Assembly: GCF_040938485.1 (NCBI RefSeq)
Contig: NW_027271231.1
Location: 496,001-560,000 of the forward strand
From: Diadema antillarum
Taxonomy: Eukaryota
Direction: 5' to 3'
DNA length: 64,000 bases
Position numbers and translations under genes: made by a program. Positions 1 to 11,900 of this stretch are shown here, piece by piece (positions within the stretch are counted from its first letter, which is position 1; every line of letters starts with the position of its first letter). The notes below the pieces were generated by a model. It was not told the DNA's origin. It made no database searches and saw only the letters and a list, made by a program, of their open reading frames with translations.

Positions 1-866
1 TTATTTTGGGTATTGAAAAAAACTTTTCCTTTCTTTATTCATACTTGTTGTTGTTGTTGTTTTTGTCCGATTGTTGTTCAGACGGTCTGTTTTCGTGACC
101 CATGTTGTTCACTCGATAATGCAAATATGCCGGAGATCTATTCAGACACGAGAAGTGGGTGAAGGATGTAGGAGCTTATCGGCGACATAAGATCAGTCTG
201 CTTAGACCTACTACCTTGTTGTATGTATCTTGTGCAGGAATTTCTTCATTGGCACTCGTACCACATGTGTGTGTGGGGGTGTGTTGTTTGATCTTTTAAT
301 ATTTTCATTTTGTAGAGGACATGTCGTTTGTTATGACGGTACAGATTTTGCAGAAAAGAAAGGAGTATAGATGTGTGTAGCGAGCAGGGGCGAGTGTCGA
401 CGGGAAATGAGAAGGTTACTTTCGTTGTAAGGTGGGTTCTGAACTTTAAACACCTGTTCTAAACTCTTCTCGTGTATTTGTGTGACTTTCGTATAGTTCT
501 TTCTGCACGCAAAGGATTCTGTGCTGTGCTTGTTGTGTGAAACTCGGTCGTGTCCTTGTCGCCACTGTCCCCCTAAAAGAAGATTCACCATTTCGCAGTA
601 GAGCGCGACATACCTCACCAGCACGACAGACACTATCGCCCGAACACGGGAGCTACCTTTTTCTTTTCTTTCTTTCTTTTTTGAATTCAATTGAGCATGT
701 ATTCAAACAGAAACCCGCCCTACTTAGCTACTACTGTGGACTATTGAGCGGCAGGCATATATTCCAGTGTAGTTGCCAGCAGTCATGAAGAATGATTACG
801 GCAAACAGACATACAAGGTGACACACAAACAGACAGAGATAGGAACTGGGAAATGAGACGAGAATA

Positions 867-1140
867 GGGGGCACTGTACACATAGTGGATGTGAGACTCC
901 TGACTTTGAAAGGGAGATCCCGAATTCGAATCCGGCCAAGTGCTTGAGTCCTTTGACAAGATATTTTTACCCATGATGTCCCTATCTGGATCAAAGTGTA
1001 TAAACGTTTACCTAGAAATTTTGGGGTATGGATCAATGGCAGTTCCCTATGGAAGTGCAGTGCTAACGCTAATGAAGAGGTTGCCCTAGATACCCCGAAT
1101 AGATAAGATCATACTCATCATGAAGAACGAGCAATAAAGA
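867..1140 (+). mobile_element. tRNA-derived SINE, degenerate
   Basis: tRNA-like head with A-box-like TAGTGG (883) and B-box-like AATTCGAATCC (923-933), followed by GTGCTTGAGTCCTTTGACAAGATATTTTTACCC...GTGTATAAA, a typical SINE core pattern. Confidence 0.65.
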
Positions 1141-1699
1141 CAAACACACGTGGGTTAAGTAGCAATGCCATGCAAACGCGAACATTATTACACAAAATAA
1201 TACTTTATCATACACGCACAGCATGCACAGGCTGGTCTGTGGACGAAATCTGTACCGTTGCGTGTTCTATTCACTGCCATAAAAAAAAAAAACGATGCCC
1301 AAAGTCCGACTCCAGCATAATTATACTCATTTCACCAAATTGCATTTATCGCATATTCTTATAATTTCTACAGCAACTTCTGTCATGTAACTCCTTGCGA
1401 GTACAAAACTGCAGACATTCCTTAATGTACTACGTATTCCTATTTTGTCTCTTTCATTCATAGCACATTTTTCTTATTTTTCTTTCGGTAAGAACAACAT
1501 TTTCTTTGCGTTTTATCTCCTATGATCAGATGATTAGCGTGCTGTTTTTGTCATTTTATATGTCGCTTATTTTTTTTTTTTTTTTTAGTTCTGCTGGTGT
1601 CGTTATTGTGATTACCGCTATCAATGTCACTATCAAAACTATAACTGGTAAAATTAGTAATAGCTTTAAGCACAGGAGCGAAGGTAATAGCAGCCTATG

Positions 1700-1710
1700 T
1701 AGTCGTAACA

Positions 1711-1749
<39 letters not shown>

Positions 1750-2070
1750 ATAGTAATAGCAATATTAGTAGTAGTAGTAGTAGTAGTAGTAGACATAGAA
1801 ACAACAGTAGTAATAATAGTAGCAGTAGTAATATTTCTAAAAAGTAGAAATAGTAGTAGTAGTGGCTACAGTAGTAGTAGTAGTAGTATAGCAGCAGAAG
1901 TAGTGATAGTATAGTAACAATGGTAATACTAACAGTACTAGTAAAAGTGTTGGTAAAAGTAGACGTAGTAAAATAGCAGCAGTGGAAGAAGTAGATGTAG
2001 TAGTAGTATCAAAGTGAGTAGTAGGAATAGAATATAGAGCTACAGCTCCATGAATAGAAATAGTTGCAGT
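1700..2070. repeat. (AGT)n microsatellite with degenerate flanks
   Basis: Pure AGT runs at ~1715-1750 and ~1766-1790, decaying to ~2070; the source of the poly-Ser/poly-Leu ORFs. Confidence 0.9.
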
Positions 2071-4414
2071 AGCGGTAATGATAATATGCTAGATATTGAT
2101 GTCATCTGTAAAGTGATAAGAAAACATGCTACATTGATCATTATTCAGTAAAACTTTCTACTAAAACACACCCCAAAGATATAGAATGTCTATTAGTTAT
2201 CACCGTCTGATTATCTGTCTACCTCGTCGGACGGGGGAGGGGGAGAACAGTGAAAGATGTCATGAAATCCTCACAGACAAAAAGAAAGGAAAATGAAAAT
2301 TCACCGATTCAGGAAGACAATCTTATCACCATATCTCACCGTTCATCCTCACGGACAAACCGTTTGCACGCAAAGTTGCAGTAAGGGTGAAATGAGATTA
2401 TCGCTTAAGGATTTCACCTTAAGATGGGGAGGGGAGAGAAAGGGAGAGAGAGGGAGAGAACGTTAGGTATGGTTCATCTATTTAGAGGCAAGGGAAATCC
2501 CGGATCAGCAAATTGAAGGTGTGGAGTGTGGAGGCTGTCCTCTCGAGGGATCCGAAAGAGGGGCGGAAAGAGGCAAATTTAATGTCAATCCGAAGAACTT
2601 GGCAACAACAGGAATCCTCGATAATTTTTGCCCTTTATTTCTGTTATTGTAGCTGACAGTTAGCATGATACCTCGAAATACACTTTGTGATGGAGAGCGC
2701 GTGCATGTGCTCGTGTAAAGTGTTTGTGCTGTTTGATTCCTGGTTGGAACACATGATTACAAATTCCGACTACTTTCGAAAGGCTTGTTGTATAATTATT
2801 CGCGATTGTTCTATAATATGGGTCAAAGGAAATCGCCAGGTGTATGTGGTGTCAAAATTGGGTCATATATATGTATTTACACACTAATACACACACGCAC
2901 ATGATATATATATATACAAGGTATAGTTATACACATTATATTAATATAAAATATACCTCTAGATTTACATTGAAGATGGGTATAATGAAAAGGGATGGAT
3001 TTCTTTTCTTTTTCTTTAGAGGACCTGAAGAAACAAAGTTGGGAAGGCTAGTTCATTACGTTCGCTTGATTATTAAACTCATACATCACTACACTGCCTT
3101 GGTATTTAGTAATACACTGTATACAGTAATACATACGCATATTCATATTCACACACTTACCGACTTTATATGTATCCACTGGCTTTGGGCATTTATTGTT
3201 TTTCTCACTATTTGACGGGATCTTGAGTCGAAAATGAGTGATACTGATTTCTCACTTTGCTGCAATTATAGTAGGCTTACTGATGACAGTCGTGATTGTC
3301 TGTTTGTTTGTTTTGTTCGTTTTACTAGTATTCACATCATATCCACAAAGAGCCTGCTTTCATTTTGTTCGTTTTAGTCTCAAAACATCGTAAGAATAGG
3401 TAACGCAAAAGAGAAAAATGGCATGTTCACAGTTTTGAAGGGGAAAAAAGAAAAATAGATTTAAGATAAACACATAATATTGACTAGTGTGATTTCACGT
3501 AAGTTTCACAGAATATCGACCAAACTCGCTTCCTGATTACAAATAATGGCATACTGTTCAGGCTGCATTAATAATCAGAAGAAGGAACATTCTACGGGGC
3601 AGATATGTACTCTACTATACTGCTACCTGACTGCGTTGCTCTGAAGGTCAGCGAACACCTTTTTGTCCTTTTTTCAGACGTTTGTCATGAAAACACGATT
3701 TTATGATTGATGAAGGGTAAGATACACTGTTGTCGAACTGTAAATACGAAAAATAGGGGCACTTAATCTGTTTACAGACGTCTGAAAATCAATGTGTTTC
3801 GAATGTCCTGGCTGTTGACGATATGATACGATGGCTGTTTGAGAGGATCATAGAATGGGATTGCTGTTAAATATTGTATTACCAAATCGCAAAAGCGCAA
3901 AGTACAGTATGGATTCGATTCCATGTGCGTTGTTAAAGGAAAAGGCGGGGAAGGCGTGTCTCATGGAATATGTTTGTAATTGTGAGGAGAGCCGAATAGC
4001 ACTTTATCAGGACAAAATATCAAAGCTATGAAGAAAAATCCGAGATCAAACTATCGAGTTTCCCCCTCCATTTGAGTATCATTTTTGTCTGCTGTGTGTA
4101 ATTCTAAGCATGTGTTAGGGAATGAAGATAGACGTAGGCTCACGGAGTTCTTAACAGTAAATCAAAGTAGTGCGAATTAAATGTTTCAGTTCGAGATGTC
4201 GTGTAAGTCGTCAGCTATAGACGTTACTGATATAATTCGTGATGCAGGGAGATCGATGAATAGGAGATATCGATTTTGATGCGGTGGTGACGAGAATGCA
4301 GGTTGGAAAGATAAAATGGCGGAGGTGCTGTTGTGATGGTGACGAAGATAGTGATTGTCAGAAGTTGTAGAATCACTATGCTCATTGTGATCATGATTAA
4401 GGTTGATCTACATT

Positions 4415-4659
4415 GACTACGATCATGATGATAATGATTTTGTTGTTGATGATCTTGAAAATGAAAGGGATGATGCAGATTGAAAAAAATAATAATAATG
4501 AAAAAGATGGTGGTGATGATGATGATGGCGATGACGACGATAATAGCGACGGCGTAGGTGATGAACAGGATGATAAGGAGGTCAACAGCATGATGGTGAC
4601 GATGATGATGATGATGGTGGTGATGATAATGGTGGTGGTGATGATGATGGATGGTGATG
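4415..4659. repeat. (GAT/GGT)n low-complexity repeat running into an assembly gap
   Basis: Visible GAT/GGT triplets up to the N-run at 4660. Confidence 0.85.
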
Positions 4660-5169
4660 NNNNNNNNNNNNNNNNNNNNNNNNNNNNNNNNNNNNNNNNN
4701 NNNNNNNNNNNNNNNNNNNNNNNNNNNNNNNNNNNNNNNNNNNNNNNNNNNNNNNNNNNNNNNNNNNNNNNNNNNNNNNNNNNNNNNNNNNNNNNNNNNN
4801 NNNNNNNNNNNNNNNNNNNNNNNNNNNNNNNNNNNNNNNNNNNNNNNNNNNNNNNNNNNNNNNNNNNNNNNNNNNNNNNNNNNNNNNNNNNNNNNNNNNN
4901 NNNNNNNNNNNNNNNNNNNNNNNNNNNNNNNNNNNNNNNNNNNNNNNNNNNNNNNNNNNNNNNNNNNNNNNNNNNNNNNNNNNNNNNNNNNNNNNNNNNN
5001 NNNNNNNNNNNNNNNNNNNNNNNNNNNNNNNNNNNNNNNNNNNNNNNNNNNNNNNNNNNNNNNNNNNNNNNNNNNNNNNNNNNNNNNNNNNNNNNNNNNN
5101 NNNNNNNNNNNNNNNNNNNNNNNNNNNNNNNNNNNNNNNNNNNNNNNNNNNNNNNNNNNNNNNNNNNNN
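4660..5169. other. Assembly gap (510 N)
   Basis: N-run; other gaps at 20504-20738 (235 N) and 61562-61691 (130 N). Confidence 0.99.
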
Positions 5170-6062
5170 CTGATAAATGTAACGGAAAACGGTTATGTGT
5201 CTCGCTGCTCTTGATCTTGTTCATCATGAACATGGCATTCACTGCAAAAGCCAGTGCCAAAACTGAGAAAATTGATAACGCCCAATATCCTTTATGATTG
5301 TCGTAGGAGAGGAAAATATCGAAACCGATGATGAAGCCGATATTGACGAGAATAATGATCCGGTAAATGAGAATGAGGGAGAGGACCGAGCATGTTTTCA
5401 CCATAATTGATAAACAGTAATGTATTTTTTGACACCTTGTTGATATTGCAGATCATCTGCAGATATGAGCCTTTTAAGATTCACTCACACGTACAAACGT
5501 GTAGCTTCTAAACTCGATATCAAAAGTCACAGCAAGAAGACAGCTCAGTTTATAATCATTTTGAATGTTGCTGCTGTTTGTTTGTTTTTTTTTTCTTCTT
5601 TGGTGATGAGCAGGGAACAGTATTCTGTGTTTATCACGTATCAGCTGATGTTACTTAGCGACGATCCCCCCCCAATAAAATAATATGGCCGGGGTTTTTT
5701 TTTCTGCCTTAGAGGATGTTGTTACTCGGAGTCTTTACATCACAGAATAAGTTGAAATATGGTGCCTGTAGCAAGTTTTTCGCACAATTGATGAGTCACA
5801 ATAATGTCGTGATGAGCACATTGTGATGTTTAATATCTCATTTTGACAGCGTAATTGATATCTCTCTTCGCCGAGAACGACGTGCGGCCTACTTGCATTG
5901 TGCTCTCGATCCAGATTTCTAGTGATTACACCTTTGCTGTTTTATTCGCTACATCTGAAAATGGGAGGAAGCATTGTAAGACAAACAGTGATCCGTCATC
6001 AAAAGTCGTTTTTCAACTTATTGAAGTGGATATGATTAAGGCCAAGACTATAAGAGGGCTTA

Positions 6063-6641
6063 CAGTGCAAAAAGTCTGGTGTTAAATTTCCTGAGCTCAT
6101 TTGTGGTGTTAGATTTCCGGCGCTCATTTGTGGTGTTAAATTTCCGGTGCTCATTTGTGGTGTTAGATTAACACCTCTGGGTGTCACTTCAAAATGAAAA
6201 AAAAAAACCAAAACAACTGTTTTCGAATAGTTACTTGGTTACTGTTCTTCTTGTTGATTTTGAACTTCAAAAAGACAGTCCAGAACTGTCTGGTAGTATA
6301 CTTGATTTCTTTTTTTAAAGATGTGAACACATTTACACCACATTAACACCAGTTGGTGGGGTCTCCTGGTGACACTGGGCAGGTGTTATACCAATGACAT
6401 TAACACCAGCAATATTGAATCAGCAACATGCAGTGTCATTGTTGTATCAACACCAGCGCAGTGTTACAAATATCACCACCTACAGTGTCAAATTAACACC
6501 ACAAAGTGCCAGGTGAACACTTTTCAACACTATCACAACATAATACTTTCTACACCTGTCGGTGTGGTCCTTTATTGACACTTGATTGGTGTTAGATTTA
6601 ACACCCATGGTGTTAAATCTTACATCGATATTTTTGCAGTG
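6063..6641. mobile_element. Non-autonomous CACTA/EnSpm-like DNA element with 27-bp subterminal tandem repeats
   Basis: Ends CAGTGCAAAAA / TTTTTGCAGTG (CACTGCAAAAA on the - strand), flanked by TA on both sides. About 3.5 copies of a 27-bp unit (GGTGTTARATTTCCNGNGCTCATTTGT) at 6078-6176 and many AACACC/GGTGTT motifs in both orientations. Confidence 0.6.
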
Positions 6642-7489
6642 TAGAAAAAAGATCACGAACCAACAACAAAAACTTCAGCTCCTAGTTGAATTCATGATAG
6701 AGGGGAGGGGAGGGGTCTCGATTGTCCGACAATATGATGCGCTAATAAAAAGCACGTGTTCGGGGTCAGGGTGAAGGTTGCCAGGGACCCCCAGGCCGCT
6801 CCTGGCCCGGAGAACCTTGTCTCGTGTACCGGCCCCCCTCAGCTGATCAGTCAGTCCCACCGCTGTCCAGAGTTCTTCGCCGAAGAAAACTATGGGGTCT
6901 TGTAGAGACTCGCCTTAACTTCGGGAAGAGTGGGGCGTAAAGATTCTGACTATGTTTTGTGTTTGTTTTGTCTTGCTTTCTGTTAATTTGTCCTTTGAGC
7001 TGACCATTAGAAATCGAAGGAGAAAAATACCGGGCGGTAAACACGCTCTCAAAGAACGCGGTGATGTTGCGTAGCCAGGTCACGGAACATCGGTCGGTGC
7101 ATTGTAGGAACAGGATGTAAACAAGTGGTGTTTGCGGTGGTTGGATGACCAGGGGTCTAGGGACATTTGAGGGCGCCACAATTTAGGGTAGGTGGTAGGC
7201 AGAAGACATGGACAAAGTCCCGATCGACGTGTGTTTCGAAAGTTGACGTGCCATGTTAGGGAGTGATAATAACATATTGTCAGACATGGAATACCATGTA
7301 AGAGTGAACGTGCCGCCGGAATACGGCCTGCCGAAAATTCTTTGAAATATGGTCTTAATTCACGAGCCAAGAGGGTTACGAAGGGGGAGTAATACATCAT
7401 GGATTACGAATTCGAATAAAAGAAAAGCCCTTAAGCTGTTCAGTCGGTCTTCCCAGTCTTAAAGCGAGAAGAATCATATGCGAGATAGA

Positions 7490-8851
7490 AAGAGAGAGAC
7501 GGAGAGAGGGAGAGGGAGAGAGAGAAAGAGAAAGGGGGATAGAGAAGTACATAATTATAAACGCACGGTATTGGTCGAATGTTTTGTTACTGAGTGGTTT
7601 ATGCTCAGTCACGAGGCCGCGCCCACGTCGTGCGTGATTGGTCGACGCGGTGACAATGGAGGAACCTGTGTGCAGGCAGGCGAACAAGGCGTTGCTCCCT
7701 GACTTTGCCATCACCTTAATGGTTTCCCTCTTTTTTCTCCCTTTGACCCCCTCTGTCACACACTTTTCTTTTCGCCCTTATCATCGCGTATCTCTTGCCA
7801 CACTTAATGAGGCACGTGGATCCAACCATTCGCTATCATCTCGGGTGTCATCAGTGAGAACAGTGCCCCAAGTCATCGGGATTTTACGTGCCGAGCCGCC
7901 TGGTTCTTTCGATTTGCAGCTTAATCTCGTTATTGGATATTTCAAGGGTAATTAATCGAATATCTGCACTACTGTTCGTCGACGATGCCGATCACCTCCT
8001 CTCGTCTGCTTTACGTTTGAAGTTTTGCTTCATTTGAAAAAAAAAGGAGAGAATTATGGATGTTCACTGCACGGTGATCAGCGTGAAAGAAGTGGCGTCG
8101 AAATAATTTCATCAGTCTGACTGTGGATTTATTCACCGGAGTGGGTCGTATCTGTTTGCCTCAGCCTGTGAAATACATTCTACGGAATACAATATTGAAA
8201 GCGTTTATCTTCGAATGTGTGTGTATAGAATTTGTGAAATTGCAAAGTAAGTGCTGTGTCGCCCCAAAATCTCTTCGAAATTGATGGTAATTTCTGCTTG
8301 GGAAGGAGTCGGGAGAGTTTATCTGCTCTAAAAAGTACATTAGTTACTGGCGTGAGTGTGAGCGTATGCAGCATTCCGCCACGGTGCGTTTGTAACTGAA
8401 GACCTAGCGGACCGGGTCCGATGTCATGTTGTAAGCACTCGGCACAAAAGTGCAGCAGATGATGGCGCAGCCAGGTGAATCGGGACCCATGGATAGGCTA
8501 TCCCCAGCGGACTCGGCCGAGAGCTCCGGAACAAGCCCGTGTTATAGGAGAGTCGGTAGGGGCTCCTCCTGTCACAGATATGACACCTGTCCCAAGGTGC
8601 GCATCTCTCGGCGCGCGGCGCATTACGCGGAGTCTTCATTAACCGCGACCTCGACCCCAACTTCAGTGCATCCGTGCGCGTCACACGCGCATAATCAAAC
8701 AAACTCGACGACAACGAGGAGAGCTGGCGAGAGACACGCCAATCTGCGGCGGGTGCCGTCGCACACGGACACTGACTCGGTGTGCTCTTTGAACTCGGGC
8801 TGCGTGCGTCTTTCTCGAACGGCGTCGCTATGGCCGTGGCCGACCCAAAGG
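7490..8851 (+). promoter_or_regulatory. Probable promoter and long CpG-rich 5' leader of the VEGF gene
   Basis: GA-rich tract ~7490-7545; ATTGGTCGA (inverted CCAAT box) twice, at 7570 and 7637; CACGTC/TGCGTG at 7624-7636 and CACGTG at 7813-7818 (RCGTG/E-box cores); GC- and CpG-rich up to exon 1. The TSS cannot be placed from sequence alone. Confidence 0.55.
8459..8851 (+). other. In-frame upstream ATG-initiated extension (131 aa) of VEGF exon 1
   Basis: Frame is open from the TAA at 8432-8434 to the exon-1 donor, with in-frame ATGs at 8459, 8462 and 8489. Translation is not demonstrated. Confidence 0.4.
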
Positions 8852-8956
8852 ATGTATATGGGAAATAATAAGCCGTGGACTGTTGGCGTAGCTATCTACC
8901 TCCTCGTTCTCGTCCTATCACAGCATGTGCTCGCTTCAGACAGCTCACCTGTTTCG
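8852..8956 (+). CDS. vegf: VEGF/PDGF-family growth factor, coding exon 1 (signal peptide MYMGNNKPWTVGVAIYLLVLVLSQHVLA-SDSSPVS)
   Basis: ATG at 8852 (aaggATGt, A at -3), second in-frame ATG at 8858; hydrophobic core VGVAIYLLVLVL followed by VLA-S cleavage motif; 105 nt ending at donor TCG|GTAAGT, phase 0, in frame with exon 2. Confidence 0.88.
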
Positions 8957-11900
8957 GTAAGTACCGACATTTCTCATATGTAAAGCAACGGAGGAGGACT
9001 ACTTTAAGAGGTTGTTCTTCCAGTGCTTCTACTATCACCTCGCCCCTTTCGCCGACTTATATTCTTGTTTATTGGTAAGAGGTAGTAATAGTAGTGAGCG
9101 CATGCAGCGCCACTCACATCATGTTCATCCTTATTTCATACGAGTCTGTTCAACTGTTGCATCCATTTCCAGGACTGATTCTCAATGGTCATGTTCTTAA
9201 TCATGTTGTGACAAAGCAGACACACACACACACACACACACACCCTCACCCTCACACGCAAGTACATGCACACATACAATGAAGACGCCACATTTTGCAA
9301 ACATTGCCGTGTTCTCAATGACTCGCGTTATGTATAGCATATTTTTGTCTCCATAAGTACGGTCGTATAGACCGTGTCACGCAACCTGGTGCTAGACGTT
9401 GGAACTCGGGTGGGCTAAAGTTTTGGTGGCTTCTGCAAACCGATAGCTGCGAGTTGTTTGGTGTGGAATAATAATAGCAATAGTAGTTGAGCTTCTGTAG
9501 CGCGTATAACAAATCAATGTTCCCTATGAGCTTTAAAATATATTATTATCATCCATTTTACAAACACAGTAACACAGAGACATATTGACAAATTACAATC
9601 CTAATGACAAATTCATTTCATTGCCTTGCAGGAAGAGAACGTAACTCTCTCCTGCGTGTTCTTTCTTGAAAGAGGAAATTCATTCTGAACATGATGTAGT
9701 CATGGCAGTAAATATATCAAGAAAAAGAAAGAGAGAGAAAGAAAACAAAATGATCAATGTTCACTTTAATATCAGCCATCGGTGCATTAAATGCAAAATA
9801 CACGACATTGCCAAACAAGCGCTCCCTAGCACACATCCTATAGCGTTAGAAAAGGAACTCTCGCTTTCTTCTCTCGACTTCCCACAAAAAAAAAAAAATA
9901 AAAAATCAGGAGGATCTCGTTCATTGAAACCGTCTGGAGGCGAAGAGTTAACCCGGGGCAAACCGCAAAGAGGATCCGATATGAGGAAGACACTATAAGG
10001 GAATTGTTAAATCAGCCATCTTTTGAGAAAAACCCCGACAAAATCGTCACTCTCCCAGACTAGCTAGCCACCAGCCATCCTAATATAACGCGAAGCGAAC
10101 TATTTTTACTCTAATGGAAATTGCAGTGGAAGGTGCTGGCACCGATTCGTTCTTTGTCATCTTCTGTTCCTAGGTCCAGTGACAGTATAGGATAATGAGG
10201 AAAAAACGAACTGACGTTTAAGTTAAATTCGATCAAATGTAAATGTCAGAAAATTGCCATTAAGTGTACATGTGTTTGTGTTTGAAGGGTGATTCATCCA
10301 AACGGTAAATTGGCAATCGGTGTGTATATATAGTTGTCAATCTGCGCCGCAAAAGATGTTGTACTGACTGCCAACGGAGGTCAAAGTTTTCCACGCGGGA
10401 AACGCATTGGGTCTTATTTTCTCGTTCAGTTGTGAATGTGACGCAGCTTTCAGGAGATTTTATCTCAGGTTTTACAGCACTCATTGACTGCGTAACTTGA
10501 CGTCAGTTTGTCAAAAAAATATGACAGCGTGATTGATTAGTGCATCATGTATATTCTTGAAGCTAATGCTCGGTGTCGTGAATGTAATGATATTTCGCTC
10601 TACCTAAAATATTAACGTCTGAGAGGTCTTTCGAATTGCTTAATTGAAAATAAGAATCTCAAGTCAAACAATGCTCGTACAAGCTGAACTTTTGTCATGA
10701 ACTATTCTATTGAATTTCGTCTTGAATTTTGTATCATCTTGCCCTTCAAGATATGATTTCCTTTTGTTTGCATTTCAAAATGGTTATGGCTTTTCTATTA
10801 GAGATTTTCGGGATATCATAGAATAATGCATTCTTTGTTTTTCTTTGTCTAGGATGGAATGACAATTTAACGAAATAAAACAGAAAAGTTCGTATGAATG
10901 GCATGCAGTCTTTAATATTCTGCTTAGATTCTCCGTCTGCGGGGGATCTTACGTACAGCGAAACTTATAGACAACATCGGTTTTGAATTGGAATGTTTTG
11001 TTACATCTGAAAAGAAATGAAGCTAGTGTGTTTTTGTGTTTGTCATTTCAAAGTGTTGCCGTTAATTGTTTCCTTGTGGTTGTAGAGTGGGAAAGAAGTA
11101 GCACGGTCAGCTACTAGTTTAGCTCTCTTATGGAAAGCAACCAACGTTGGCTCTTAATTGCGCCAAAATTTTAGGGCCATAGCTTATAGATAACCAAAAC
11201 TACAAGTATGAATATCCTATCTGATGATTTAAACGTAAATCAGTCCGACTTTAATATACGAAAAGCGTGACATTACACGAAAACAGAGCGAATAAATTAC
11301 ATAAAGCACCGAATTTTGTATGTGTTTTTTATTGTGAAAAGAAAGAGTATACCAGTGCCAGTATGTGCAAAGTAAGAGGACATAGATATCATTTTCAAGA
11401 TATAAAAAGAAACACAGAAGCTTAAAATATCTATATATCTGTAACTATATTTGTAGGCTTATGCATGTCTCTTTTAGTCCTTAAAGTCTTGACGTGGACC
11501 TTTCGTAATTTCTGGCAGGCAGACATAGACTGCCCTAGAAAATACGGCTACTCATCGTTGCTGACCCTATTAATAAAAGAATTGGCGTCGATTTTTTTTT
11601 TCTCTTCTTGCAAGCATTTTGTTCCAATCCACAAATACCCGCCACGTTCCTGCTTTCCCAGACTGCACAGTGCCTGCATTGTGACCATATTCTGCCTCTC
11701 TCACGAAAAAAAGCAACCTTGGAAAGTGCATCACCTTGTGTTCCCTCTCACCCACTCTCCATGCCTCTTCCTCCCTCTCTCTCCCTCTCTCTCTCACTCT
11801 ATCTCTTCCTGTTATAGCCATTTTGTGACGACAAACATATTGATATCAAACGCCATTTCATCACGCTTGCGAACACGAAAATATCCAACGATTCTAAAGT

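Noticed and set aside
867-940. Possible tRNA gene
   Set aside because: Boxes are degenerate, no clean cloverleaf or acceptor stem, and the sequence continues into a SINE-type core; treated as a SINE head.
1506-5404. Long ORFs with poly-S/L/I/M tracts (1506-1847, 1556-1804, 4397-5404, 4413-5297)
   Set aside because: Produced by trinucleotide microsatellites and N-gaps.
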